From a virus, in IMG/VR virus record IMGVR_UViG_3300011115_000844, positions 1 to 64,000 of that record: 64,000 nucleotides of DNA; one strand, given 5' to 3'. This document shows positions 54,458 through 63,344 of this stretch, piece by piece. Under the pieces are notes generated by a model. The model ran no database searches and was not told where the DNA came from. It worked only from the letters and a program-made list of their open reading frames with translations. The position numbers were made by a program, and so were the translations under genes. Each line of letters starts with the position of its first letter. Within the stretch, counting starts at the first letter, position 1.

Positions 54458-56016
54458 TTTGTGTATTTTAATGTAATGTTTAATGCTTTAATTTGATTTT
54501 CTATAATTCTTGTATTTTCATCAGTTGTAGGGTACTTTAAAACTAAATTGAGTGCTTTTATTTGATTTTCTATTGTTGCCCTATCTGATGTTGGTGTTGT
54601 TTGTGTAGGTTCATCAATAAATTTTATTCTGCCCTTATCTATCCATTCATTTTTTGCACTTACTTCACTAATCCATAAAAAATCATTAATTATATCTCCA
54701 CCCTTGTTTGTCCAATTCAAATAAATGTTATTGTTTTTAATACTGTTAACTTCATAAACAATATCTATATCATCATCTACAATTACAAATTTATCTCCAA
54801 CTTCAAATTTTCTATTTGATGTAGGAGTAGAATCGGGTTTAGGGAAAAATGCAGGGTTTAAATATGTTTTGAATTTTAAATCTTTTTGACTTTCAAAATA
54901 ATCTTGATATTCTTTGCGTTTTGTTTCTCCAAAATAACCCATTAAACCTAAAAAATTATTTAATGAATGGTAATTTTCATTTTCTAAAACATTATAAACT
55001 CTTCTTTTTTGACTTTCTTCGGCATTTATGAATAAATTAAATAAATCCTTTTTCATGTAATTTATTATTCTTGCCTCTAATCTTATTACATAATTTTCTT
55101 GCAAAGAAATATCGTTGTATAATTGACCTCCCGATTTTATTTTTAATTCATCCCATATATATTCATCGTAATCTGCAAAAGATTTTGCAATTTCACCTAC
55201 TTCATCATTTGTTAAAAGAGGTTTTGATTTTGGTTCGGGTTGTGGTGTTGGCGTTGGTTCATTTTTAGGTGTGTAATATTTTAAAAGTATTTCACACAAT
55301 TTTTTAGATACTTCATTTACATCAGTAATAAGACCCCACTTGCTAAATGTTTGTGTTTTCTTAGTCCACTTAAAACCCGTTTGCATATAAATATCGCCTT
55401 GAATCTCACCCCAACTTTCTCTGTTTTGAGGTGTTTCCTTGTCTTTAACTAAATTGTAAACGAAAGTATCTTGATATGCCTTTACATACAATTTCCAACC
55501 TGCACATTCTGTAACTAAATCACCCCATTCAAAATTACTTCTACCACTACTTCTGCCACCACTTGTTGTAGGACTTGCATTTTTAAGTATTTTTTCCCAA
55601 TCGGGAGCAGGTTGGTCTTTTTCTTTGCTATCGTAAGGAGGATAATTATTTACGTGCAAATATTTAGTGCCAACTGATATAGTACCTAATGATGTATCTA
55701 TTGAACCACGTTTATAATTATGCCCATCGTAATATTCAAAAATATCTAACTCTTTGATAATTTTTATTATGTACTCTTCGGGTATTCTATTAAAATAAAC
55801 ATCAATAGCATCACCACCTGCAAATTTTCTACTTTTAACCCACGAAATACCTCTACCCGAAAATTTAGGATATTTGCTATCTACCCATTGCCTAATCATT
55901 TTTGAAGTACCCGTTACCGTAACTGAAATATTCGTATCGCTATAAAAGTATGCTTCGATACCTTTATACTTTACACCATCGTATGTAAAATCAATATTTT
56001 TTTTAGAATTTGCCAT
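54454..56016 (-). CDS. Polyvalent protein with LPD29-like domain and duplicated C-terminal helix
   Basis: SKMIRQWV..KYPKF...KSRKFAGGDAIDV; IENQIKALN twice. Confidence 0.65.
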   Translation of the reverse strand: MANSKKNIDFTYDGVKYKGIEAYFYSDTNISVTVTGTSKMIRQWVDSKYPKFSGRGISWVKSRKFAGGDAIDVYFNRIPEEYIIKIIKELDIFEYYDGHNYKRGSIDTSLGTISVGTKYLHVNNYPPYDSKEKDQPAPDWEKILKNASPTTSGGRSSGRSNFEWGDLVTECAGWKLYVKAYQDTFVYNLVKDKETPQNRESWGEIQGDIYMQTGFKWTKKTQTFSKWGLITDVNEVSKKLCEILLKYYTPKNEPTPTPQPEPKSKPLLTNDEVGEIAKSFADYDEYIWDELKIKSGGQLYNDISLQENYVIRLEARIINYMKKDLFNLFINAEESQKRRVYNVLENENYHSLNNFLGLMGYFGETKRKEYQDYFESQKDLKFKTYLNPAFFPKPDSTPTSNRKFEVGDKFVIVDDDIDIVYEVNSIKNNNIYLNWTNKGGDIINDFLWISEVSAKNEWIDKGRIKFIDEPTQTTPTSDRATIENQIKALNLVLKYPTTDENTRIIENQIKALNITLKYTK

Positions 56017-59000
56017 TTATTTTATTTATTAAATTTTCAACATAATTAATAGAATTACTAATTGGTTTTTTAATTACATCGTTGTAAGAAGTTGTCAATT
56101 CCTTTACAATATCAAAATCAGAAATCAAATTCCCCCCAAATTTATATTTTTTTCCCATACATTTACAAGATTTTTGATTTATTTCGCCACCTTCTTTAAA
56201 AGAAACCCCTCCACCCATTTCATTAATAGTAGAAAGTATTTCTCTATTCGTCATCATTTTACCTTCAAATTCTCTTTTTGTATTGTCTGCAACTGAACGC
56301 TTGTTTATAATAACTTCGTTTCCTTCAACCTCTAACATTTGCCCCGTATCTTTATTAACTGCCTTAATTCCACCATCTGCATGGCTTCTACCATCAAAAA
56401 AACCACCCTTCTTCGCATCGTTGGTATGTTTACCATCGCCTTTTACTGTACCACCTTCGGCAAATTTATTTACACCAATTGTGTTTCTAAGCATTTGTGC
56501 TTTTGACATATTTTCTTGTTGCATATCTTCTTGGTTTAATTCTGTTAATGAGCCACCGTCTTCATATCTTATATCTTCTTTGAAAGGGTCAAAGTCAATG
56601 TTTCTGCCATCAGCAAGTTTAACTTGGTTAGCATCAAAAATTGTCCACGCTTTTGTAAATTCAGCAGGGTTATCTACATCGTACACTCCTTTAAACTCTT
56701 CTGCATATCTAACACCATCAAAACCATGCGACATTAAAAAGTATTTAAACTCTTTTTTAGTATCTCTTGCCATTAATAACCAAAATGGCTTATCGTCAAA
56801 TCCAAAAGTAGCATAAATGTATGTACCTATTTGTTCCAAAACTACTTTTAAAGTTTCTGCCCATTGTTCGTCTGTAATGTTTTCTCCATAATTTTTTTTG
56901 GCTATTACTTTTGAAATTTTCATTCCCCAACCAATTTGATTATCAAGTTCATCGTAAAAATCTTCTGTAATAGCCATGAACGGGTTTCTAATGTTCAAAA
57001 AGCACTTATACAACAATTCCAAACCATGTTGCCCTCTTTGTGAATTAGTAGTGAAATTTTGACTGTATTCTATGTTATCAGCGAAATATCCATAAGGTCT
57101 TCCAACTCCTTCTTTTTTGGTAACGTCAAACGTATAAAATTCCTCTTTGAAGTTAGTACCATGATACACCACTTGTGGTTCTAATGTAGTTAAATCAATA
57201 ACAATAGAACAATTTTTATAGTGTTGTAAAAAGTTACTTTTATCATCTTGTAAAAACGATTTAGCACATTTTTCCCAATCTCCAAACCACTTTTTAAATT
57301 CAGTTGTACGCACTAAAACTTGTTGAATATAATTCAGTTTTGTTGGTTGTTTTGTTGGTGTGTTTAATTTGAAAATCATATCTACTTCGCCACCGTTTGC
57401 ATAAGCCGAAATTATTTTTGGCAAATATGTATCAGCATCCATTTTCATTGTATCTAATTCCTTTTCCATTTCGCTTAATTTTTGATAATAATAAGGACTT
57501 TCGTTTAAATGGTCTAATGCTATTTTACTTGCAATAGATTTATCGTTTGTGTGTTCCATTTCAAATTTAATTCCCAATTTTAATTGCGAATTAATATATT
57601 CCAAAGGTAACTTAAATTTAGTAGCTATCTTGTGTACATTTGTGTCAATCTCGCTTTGAGTTAAACCTTGTAATTCGCCACCTTTTTTGTAAAAAGATAT
57701 ATCGGCAAAATTTGGGTTGTCCATACGTTGTACTGTATCTTCTATGCGAACATCCATTTCGCCACCATCAGACATTTTATTACTATTCAATGGTTTTAAT
57801 TCATAAGTTTTAATAAACTCACCAACTGTAAATAATTCAAGTTCAGTTATATTATTTTGTTTCAACTTTTTTGACATTGTATTCCAATCATCCACTCCCC
57901 ATTTGAAATTAAAACTTTCTAACTCTTTAGATTCTATTGCAATATTTGATAAATCACCTCTTCTTACATTTGCTTGAAACGAACCTTTACCTTCAAATGG
58001 AGAGTAATTATTACCAACGTAAGTTTGTTCAACATTTGTATAAATTGTTATCCCCGAAAATGTCTTTGAATATTTAAACCCTTTTGTTGCACCTCCGTTA
58101 TCGTATTTCATGATTGAACTTTTTTTAGGGTTATGCCCCCATATTAATAATGATGTATGTTTTCTTGTTTTGTTACCCTTGTCATCGTACAATTCGCCTT
58201 GCATTCCACTCATGCGACTGATAAATGATATTTGCTTATTTGCCCATTTCCACATAGTATCAGTCCACTTATCTTTTGGTGTGGTTTTCATCTTCATAAT
58301 CATTCTTGCACTTTCTCTACCACTACTAATGCCTTGTTTATTGGCTTCGCTTGTTGAAAGTCCTGCTTCTTTCCCTTCCTTTGAATCGTAAAACCTTTTC
58401 AATTCTCCATAACTCATATTTACAATCGACTTCCATTTTGCGTAGGTTTCATTGTGTTCATCTACTTCGCCACCATCAGCATAGCCAATCGGGTCAACAT
58501 CGTAATACATTCTATTGTCAAACATACAAATATGACAAACATATTTATCAAACGCTTCAGATTTTTTTGTATTCCATTCATGTCTACATCTTCTACATTT
58601 AATGTCTTGACCTACTTCGCTACTATCAGCGTATTTTGGCAATCTTTTCATAAACTCTTTGTTCGGGGTTAATTCAAAACCAAAACTTTGATAATACTCA
58701 ATTAATTCGTTTCTTGTTTTTGTATTACCTATTGGTGTAGGTTCTAAATAAATCGTAACTCTATATTCATCGGCTTTATCAACTATTTGTTGCAAATACT
58801 TATATGCTTTTACGGATTTATTACTTTTTTCAAACTTGTCAAAAATAACAACATTATCTTCTTTAAATGGTCTTAATTCATTTGGTAATGCAATTATTAT
58901 CGTTATATCATTTTTTATACCTTTATACCAATCAATATACCATTTATAGAACAAACCTACTTCGCCACCATCAGCATATTTCATATCGGTAACATTCATT

Positions 59001-59692
59001 AATTTATAAAAATCATTGTTCCCATCAATAGTATTAAAACCCGATTTTTGAAGCATTGATTTTATTACATCAATATTAGGTTCTGCTTTTTGAGTTATAT
59101 GTCCAAAAATTAAATCGTGTCCATTTTTATCAGCATATTCAATAATGTATTGCATAACCTTAGTACCAATACCTTTCATTCTATTGCTTTTAGAAACTAT
59201 TAATGATTGAACGTATAAAGGGTTTTTAGCATCAAAACCATATATTTTGCTATGCTCATTGGTTGTACTAAACATTTTTAATTCAACTACTCCATCATTA
59301 ATTAATTTATCTATTTCGCCACCTTTAGCGTATTTCATCAAATCATCATCTTGAACGTATGCTTTCTTAACCTTTGTGCCACCTGCTTTTAAAAGAAACT
59401 TATTTACCCTTGCCATTGCCCATCCACCCCTTGTAATATTCGGTCTATGTGATGTACTGTATGCTCCCAAACCTCTACGGTAAACTGCTTTTAAATCATT
59501 TAAAGTAATATTTTCGTTATCGTGTTTTTCTCTAAATTCCTTTAACTTATTATTTAATGCCACAATAGTTTTAGCATCAAATTTTATTTCAGTTGCAGTT
59601 TTTTCTGACGAAGCACTCCCTTTTGAGTTTACCTTAGAACCTTTAATCCTATCTTTTGCAGGTGCAGGTGTTTGTGATAATGACTTAGCCAT
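56003..59692 (-). CDS. Large polyvalent protein: two GNAT-like domains, Zn ribbon, DUF3140-like, DUF5661-like and ADP-ribosyltransferase (ART-PolyVal-like) modules separated by YAxGG motifs
   Basis: RMKGIGT; LIEYYQSFGF; CRRC..CHIC; VNMS...WGHNP; EMEHT...ALDHL.E; FKKWFGDW..YHGT..GFDG; GRSHADGGI..EGNE. Confidence 0.8.
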   Translation of the reverse strand: MAKSLSQTPAPAKDRIKGSKVNSKGSASSEKTATEIKFDAKTIVALNNKLKEFREKHDNENITLNDLKAVYRRGLGAYSTSHRPNITRGGWAMARVNKFLLKAGGTKVKKAYVQDDDLMKYAKGGEIDKLINDGVVELKMFSTTNEHSKIYGFDAKNPLYVQSLIVSKSNRMKGIGTKVMQYIIEYADKNGHDLIFGHITQKAEPNIDVIKSMLQKSGFNTIDGNNDFYKLMNVTDMKYADGGEVGLFYKWYIDWYKGIKNDITIIIALPNELRPFKEDNVVIFDKFEKSNKSVKAYKYLQQIVDKADEYRVTIYLEPTPIGNTKTRNELIEYYQSFGFELTPNKEFMKRLPKYADSSEVGQDIKCRRCRHEWNTKKSEAFDKYVCHICMFDNRMYYDVDPIGYADGGEVDEHNETYAKWKSIVNMSYGELKRFYDSKEGKEAGLSTSEANKQGISSGRESARMIMKMKTTPKDKWTDTMWKWANKQISFISRMSGMQGELYDDKGNKTRKHTSLLIWGHNPKKSSIMKYDNGGATKGFKYSKTFSGITIYTNVEQTYVGNNYSPFEGKGSFQANVRRGDLSNIAIESKELESFNFKWGVDDWNTMSKKLKQNNITELELFTVGEFIKTYELKPLNSNKMSDGGEMDVRIEDTVQRMDNPNFADISFYKKGGELQGLTQSEIDTNVHKIATKFKLPLEYINSQLKLGIKFEMEHTNDKSIASKIALDHLNESPYYYQKLSEMEKELDTMKMDADTYLPKIISAYANGGEVDMIFKLNTPTKQPTKLNYIQQVLVRTTEFKKWFGDWEKCAKSFLQDDKSNFLQHYKNCSIVIDLTTLEPQVVYHGTNFKEEFYTFDVTKKEGVGRPYGYFADNIEYSQNFTTNSQRGQHGLELLYKCFLNIRNPFMAITEDFYDELDNQIGWGMKISKVIAKKNYGENITDEQWAETLKVVLEQIGTYIYATFGFDDKPFWLLMARDTKKEFKYFLMSHGFDGVRYAEEFKGVYDVDNPAEFTKAWTIFDANQVKLADGRNIDFDPFKEDIRYEDGGSLTELNQEDMQQENMSKAQMLRNTIGVNKFAEGGTVKGDGKHTNDAKKGGFFDGRSHADGGIKAVNKDTGQMLEVEGNEVIINKRSVADNTKREFEGKMMTNREILSTINEMGGGVSFKEGGEINQKSCKCMGKKYKFGGNLISDFDIVKELTTSYNDVIKKPISNSINYVENLINKINGKF

Positions 59693-59767
59693 AATTTAGT
59701 TTATAACCTTTTTTTATTTTATTATAAGCAAATTTCAATAAAATAATTTAATTTTTCCATAAAAACT

Positions 59768-59775
59768 TATATTTG
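59768..59775 (+). promoter_or_regulatory. Bacteroidota -7 promoter element
   Basis: TATATTTG ~33 nt upstream of ATG 59809. Confidence 0.65.
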
Positions 59776-59808
59776 TGCTATTATTTTATTAACCTAAAAC
59801 ATTTAATC

Positions 59809-59907
59809 ATGTTTAACATTAAAGACCCAAACACTTTTTTAGGTGGTCAAAACGTACACAACCTATTAATCTTAGGTGCGTTAGCGTATATCATCTTAAA
59901 AAAGTAA
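59809..59907 (+). CDS. 32-aa hydrophobic peptide, stand-alone gene (not in ORF track)
   Basis: MFNIKDPNTFLGGQNVHNLLILGALAYIILKK; own promoter and terminator. Confidence 0.7.
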   Translation: MFNIKDPNTFLGGQNVHNLLILGALAYIILKK

Positions 59908-59932
59908 GCGATGGCTTATATGCCAATTAATT

Positions 59933-59962
59933 ATGCCTTCTACGAATTAGAAGGCATTTTTA
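59933..59962 (+). terminator. Intrinsic terminator
   Basis: ATGCCTTCTA/TAGAAGGCAT stem followed by a T-run. Confidence 0.75.
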
Positions 59963-59965
59963 ATT

Positions 59966-59994
59966 AAAAAAACCCCTTATAGAAATAAGGGGTT
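59966..59994 (-). terminator. Intrinsic terminator for the glycosyltransferase operon
   Basis: AACCCCTTAT/ATAAGGGGTT stem preceded by an A-run. Confidence 0.75.
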
Positions 59995-60032
59995 ATCAAT
60001 CAAAACTAAGAACAAATCAAACTATTCTAAAA

Positions 60033-61301
60033 TTATAAAGTTTTTTTAAATAAATCTACCCAAGTCTTTGATATTATTTTCCAATCAAGACCTTGCATAT
60101 ATTTATAAGCGTTATCAATTCTCTTATTATAGTTTTCTAAAAAATTAATATCTTCATAATCACCCTGCATTCCTTTTGCTATGTAAAGTATCATATCAGC
60201 AACATCAATATAATCACATTGTTGTCTTATCGTATTATCAAAAGTAGTTGATATAGGAATTAGTTTATCAATTGTGTATGCTCTTTTACCGTTATCAGTC
60301 ATTTCAATAAATGAAGTTGAGTTAGGACAAATAACGGGTGTTTTAGTAGCCATTGCTTCTGTTAGTGTCAAACCCCAACCTTCGCCAAGTGTTGTGGTTA
60401 AATATACGTCAGAGGCATTGTAAATCTTATTTAGCATTTCTATACTTGCTCCATTGTTAGCTAAATCAATATCCAATAACTTATAATCTTTCCCTTCAAT
60501 TAAATCTGTTTGTGCAAGAATACATCTAATATCCCAACCCATCGGGTCTTTTGGGTGCATATGTAGGTATAAAAATGGTTCTTTCTCAATTTGATTTTCT
60601 TCCCATTGTTTTTTTGCTTCAATAAATGAAAATATAGTTGTAGGTATATCCTTTCGGGGTTGATTCCTATTTATGTTTGTAATAATAAACTTATCAGCAT
60701 TTCTTCCAAAATATTCCTTTCTAAATTCTACAATTTCTTTTTGAGGTAATGGGAAAAATTGCTTTGGGTTATTACCATGAGGTATAACTTTAATTTTCTT
60801 TTTTAATTCGGGTTTGTGTTTCAAAACTTCTTTTCTACCATATTCGGTATATGCAACTATACAATCAAAAAAATCTAACCCATCTGTAAGTTTTTCAACA
60901 AGTGGTGCGTCAACGGGAAAATAAAATATGGACTTAAATTGTTTTTTGTTAGTAGCAATCTTTTCATCAATAATTGTTTTTAAAATTGATGTTATTGGCA
61001 AAATAACCCCTAAATCTTGAATGATAAAAATACCATCGTATTCGTCTGTATCTTTCAAAATTTTAAGAAAACCAAACCTACCAAAATCATCTTTCTTTGT
61101 TGCTGATTTTACTGCCGATATAACGTAAGTGCCATCTTCTTCTGTATATGGTTCTCCGAAATAATTAATAGCACAAATATCCAATTGAATATTATTTCCA
61201 AAATTATTCTTTAATTCTTTCTTTATATTGTGTGAAACTGTGGCAAACCCCGTATGGCAATTATAATCGCCTAAAAATAATACTTTGTAACTCTTTTCCA
61301 T
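60033..61301 (-). CDS. GT4-family (GT-B) glycosyltransferase
   Basis: TGFATV, IPHG, NRNQPRKD, YNASDVY...GEGWGL..TEAMA. Confidence 0.9.
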   Translation of the reverse strand: MEKSYKVLFLGDYNCHTGFATVSHNIKKELKNNFGNNIQLDICAINYFGEPYTEEDGTYVISAVKSATKKDDFGRFGFLKILKDTDEYDGIFIIQDLGVILPITSILKTIIDEKIATNKKQFKSIFYFPVDAPLVEKLTDGLDFFDCIVAYTEYGRKEVLKHKPELKKKIKVIPHGNNPKQFFPLPQKEIVEFRKEYFGRNADKFIITNINRNQPRKDIPTTIFSFIEAKKQWEENQIEKEPFLYLHMHPKDPMGWDIRCILAQTDLIEGKDYKLLDIDLANNGASIEMLNKIYNASDVYLTTTLGEGWGLTLTEAMATKTPVICPNSTSFIEMTDNGKRAYTIDKLIPISTTFDNTIRQQCDYIDVADMILYIAKGMQGDYEDINFLENYNKRIDNAYKYMQGLDWKIISKTWVDLFKKTL

Positions 61302-61332
61302 TTAATAGGTTTATTTTATAAAATAAATATGT

Positions 61333-62058
61333 TTACAATGTTTTTAAAACAATTCCTCCAAATATACCAATTCCAAACCAAAATAACTTACTATCTAATA
61401 TGGTTTTTTTATCCTTAACTACAACATTTTTTAACTTGCTTACATCAAGATATGGGTTACTATTGCTAACTTCTACTACTGCTTCTTTTTTTAATTTCAA
61501 AAAACCACTTTTTTTATAGCCAAGCGTAACTACTGATTCGTTGGTTAATAAAAAACTATCCAACAACAAACCTTTCTTTTGAACCTTACCGTACATACTA
61601 AACCATTTTTCCTCCATTTTAAATGGTTGTGGCACTATTACGCTATTGTTCAGTAAACTATCAATTAAATACCTTGAACTATCTCCTTTTTTTATTCTTG
61701 CCATCCAAACTGATGTATCGGCAAAATGTGTTGGAATAAAGGGAACAAAAATGCTATCTATTTTAATCTGTTGCTTTTGGCTAATTTGACTTTGTACTAT
61801 TTTTATATCCCCATTAAGTTTTAAAACTCCCAATTTTAATGCTTCAAATTGTGATAACAACATTTGATTTTGAGTTGCTAATGTACTGCTATCCTTTAAT
61901 GTTTTTTTTTGAAAGTTATTTTGAAGGTCAACATATTTAGTTGAATTATCCAATAAATTATTGTAATCTTTTTGTATTTCACAACCTTTATAAAATAACA
62001 TTATTATTATAAACGTAAGAATTACTATGATTATTCGATTAAAATTTAGTTTATTCAT
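61333..62058 (-). CDS. Membrane protein with N- and C-terminal TM and coiled coil (possibly spanin-like)
   Basis: Start moved to MNKLN; NSNPY motif; two terminal TMs. Confidence 0.5.
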   Translation of the reverse strand: MNKLNFNRIIIVILTFIIIMLFYKGCEIQKDYNNLLDNSTKYVDLQNNFQKKTLKDSSTLATQNQMLLSQFEALKLGVLKLNGDIKIVQSQISQKQQIKIDSIFVPFIPTHFADTSVWMARIKKGDSSRYLIDSLLNNSVIVPQPFKMEEKWFSMYGKVQKKGLLLDSFLLTNESVVTLGYKKSGFLKLKKEAVVEVSNSNPYLDVSKLKNVVVKDKKTILDSKLFWFGIGIFGGIVLKTL

Positions 62059-62977
62059 TTTTTGTTTTTTTATTAAATACCATTTTAACACCTTCATTTA
62101 ATTGTATTGGGTTGAAATCTTCTCCATAAACAATAGTATAAGTTGCTGAAAGGTAATCAATATTTGCTTTTGTAAAAAATTGGTAATTAGATTCATCAAA
62201 TGGGTTATCTACATATCGAATTTGCCCTTTAGTGTGTTTTATAATTTCGTTGGCTAATTGTTCAAAAGAAACTGCCACCCCACTCCCTACATCAATAATC
62301 AATTTGTAAGGCAAATAATCGAATACAATAAAATATTTTAATAAAAGTAAATGTACTCTATTTACATCGTCTATGTGAACGAAATCCCTTTTTATGTTTT
62401 CGCTACCATAAAACAAATCATTTTGCAAAATACCATTGTTGTAATTATCAATCCATTTGCTTACTATTGAAGCCATGCCACCTTTGTGACTTTCAGTTGA
62501 ACCATATACGTTATGATAACGTAAAGAAACCACCATATTTGCAGGTTTTGTCTTTAGATACTGTTCAACTACTGCTTTGCTATTAGCATATTCGCTTTGT
62601 GGAGCAATTTTATCATCTGTTCGCCAAGCACCATACACCGATGCTGATGAAGAAAAAACCAATGGGATATTCCTAATTGAATTTTCATTTATAAAATCAA
62701 TTGAAAAATTAATGTTTTGATATAAACATTCTTCTTTTGTTGCCCTTGTTGATGAATTTCCCCCTATATGAAAAGTAAAATCAACTAAGTTTAAAAAATC
62801 GTAGTATTTATTTTTAAAAATAAACTCCCAATCAATAAACTTTTCAATACGCAAATCTTTTCTTAATGGTTTACTATCGTAATCAATTGCAATAATGTCA
62901 TAATAATTATTATCATTAAGCATCTTAATTAATTCGCCACCAATAAAACCACTTGCACCCGTTACACAAATTCTCAT
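62051..62977 (-). CDS. NAD-dependent nucleotide-sugar epimerase (HldD/RfaD-like)
   Basis: VTGASGFIG, SSSASVYG, YANSK, RYHNVYG..E.HKGGMAS, RDFVHIDDV. Confidence 0.85.
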   Translation of the reverse strand: MRICVTGASGFIGGELIKMLNDNNYYDIIAIDYDSKPLRKDLRIEKFIDWEFIFKNKYYDFLNLVDFTFHIGGNSSTRATKEECLYQNINFSIDFINENSIRNIPLVFSSSASVYGAWRTDDKIAPQSEYANSKAVVEQYLKTKPANMVVSLRYHNVYGSTESHKGGMASIVSKWIDNYNNGILQNDLFYGSENIKRDFVHIDDVNRVHLLLLKYFIVFDYLPYKLIIDVGSGVAVSFEQLANEIIKHTKGQIRYVDNPFDESNYQFFTKANIDYLSATYTIVYGEDFNPIQLNEGVKMVFNKKTKNE

Positions 62978-62978
62978 G

Positions 62979-63326
62979 TTATTTAATTTCTTCTGCTTGT
63001 TCAATATTATCCGATAATTTTTCCTCTTGCAATTTCTTTTGTTCTTTTATGAACTTGATTAAATTATCAGTAAATTCTTTACAATACTCTACATCAAATC
63101 GTTTAAAATCTTCATCCCTTAATTCCATTGTATCGTATTCCAATGGGTATTGTATCTCATGGCTTCCCGTTTCGGGTATGGTAGGTATGCTGATAACTAA
63201 ATAGTGTTTAGATATTTCATCATCAATTGCTTTTGCAACAAATACGTCTATATCGTTGTACTTAAATGTTTTTGAGTATTGATTTTCGGCTATTAAATCA
63301 ACCCCTTCGATTTTAATTAATTTCAT
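62979..63326 (-). CDS. Hypothetical protein
   Basis: Operon ORF. Confidence 0.65.
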   Translation of the reverse strand: MKLIKIEGVDLIAENQYSKTFKYNDIDVFVAKAIDDEISKHYLVISIPTIPETGSHEIQYPLEYDTMELRDEDFKRFDVEYCKEFTDNLIKFIKEQKKLQEEKLSDNIEQAEEIK

Positions 63327-63344
63327 TTTATGTGTTTTTTGATT

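Noticed and set aside
44882-59692. GG motifs as ubiquitin-like conjugation C-termini
   Set aside because: The modules do not resemble beta-grasp proteins and no E1, E2 or JAB gene was recognised; kept only as a cleavage or tag hypothesis
14500-59692. Eukaryotic NCLDV or polinton-like origin (A32 ATPase, GG motifs)
   Set aside because: Peptidoglycan hydrolases, RecT, operonic gene overlaps, intrinsic terminators and TAnnTTTG promoters indicate a bacterial host
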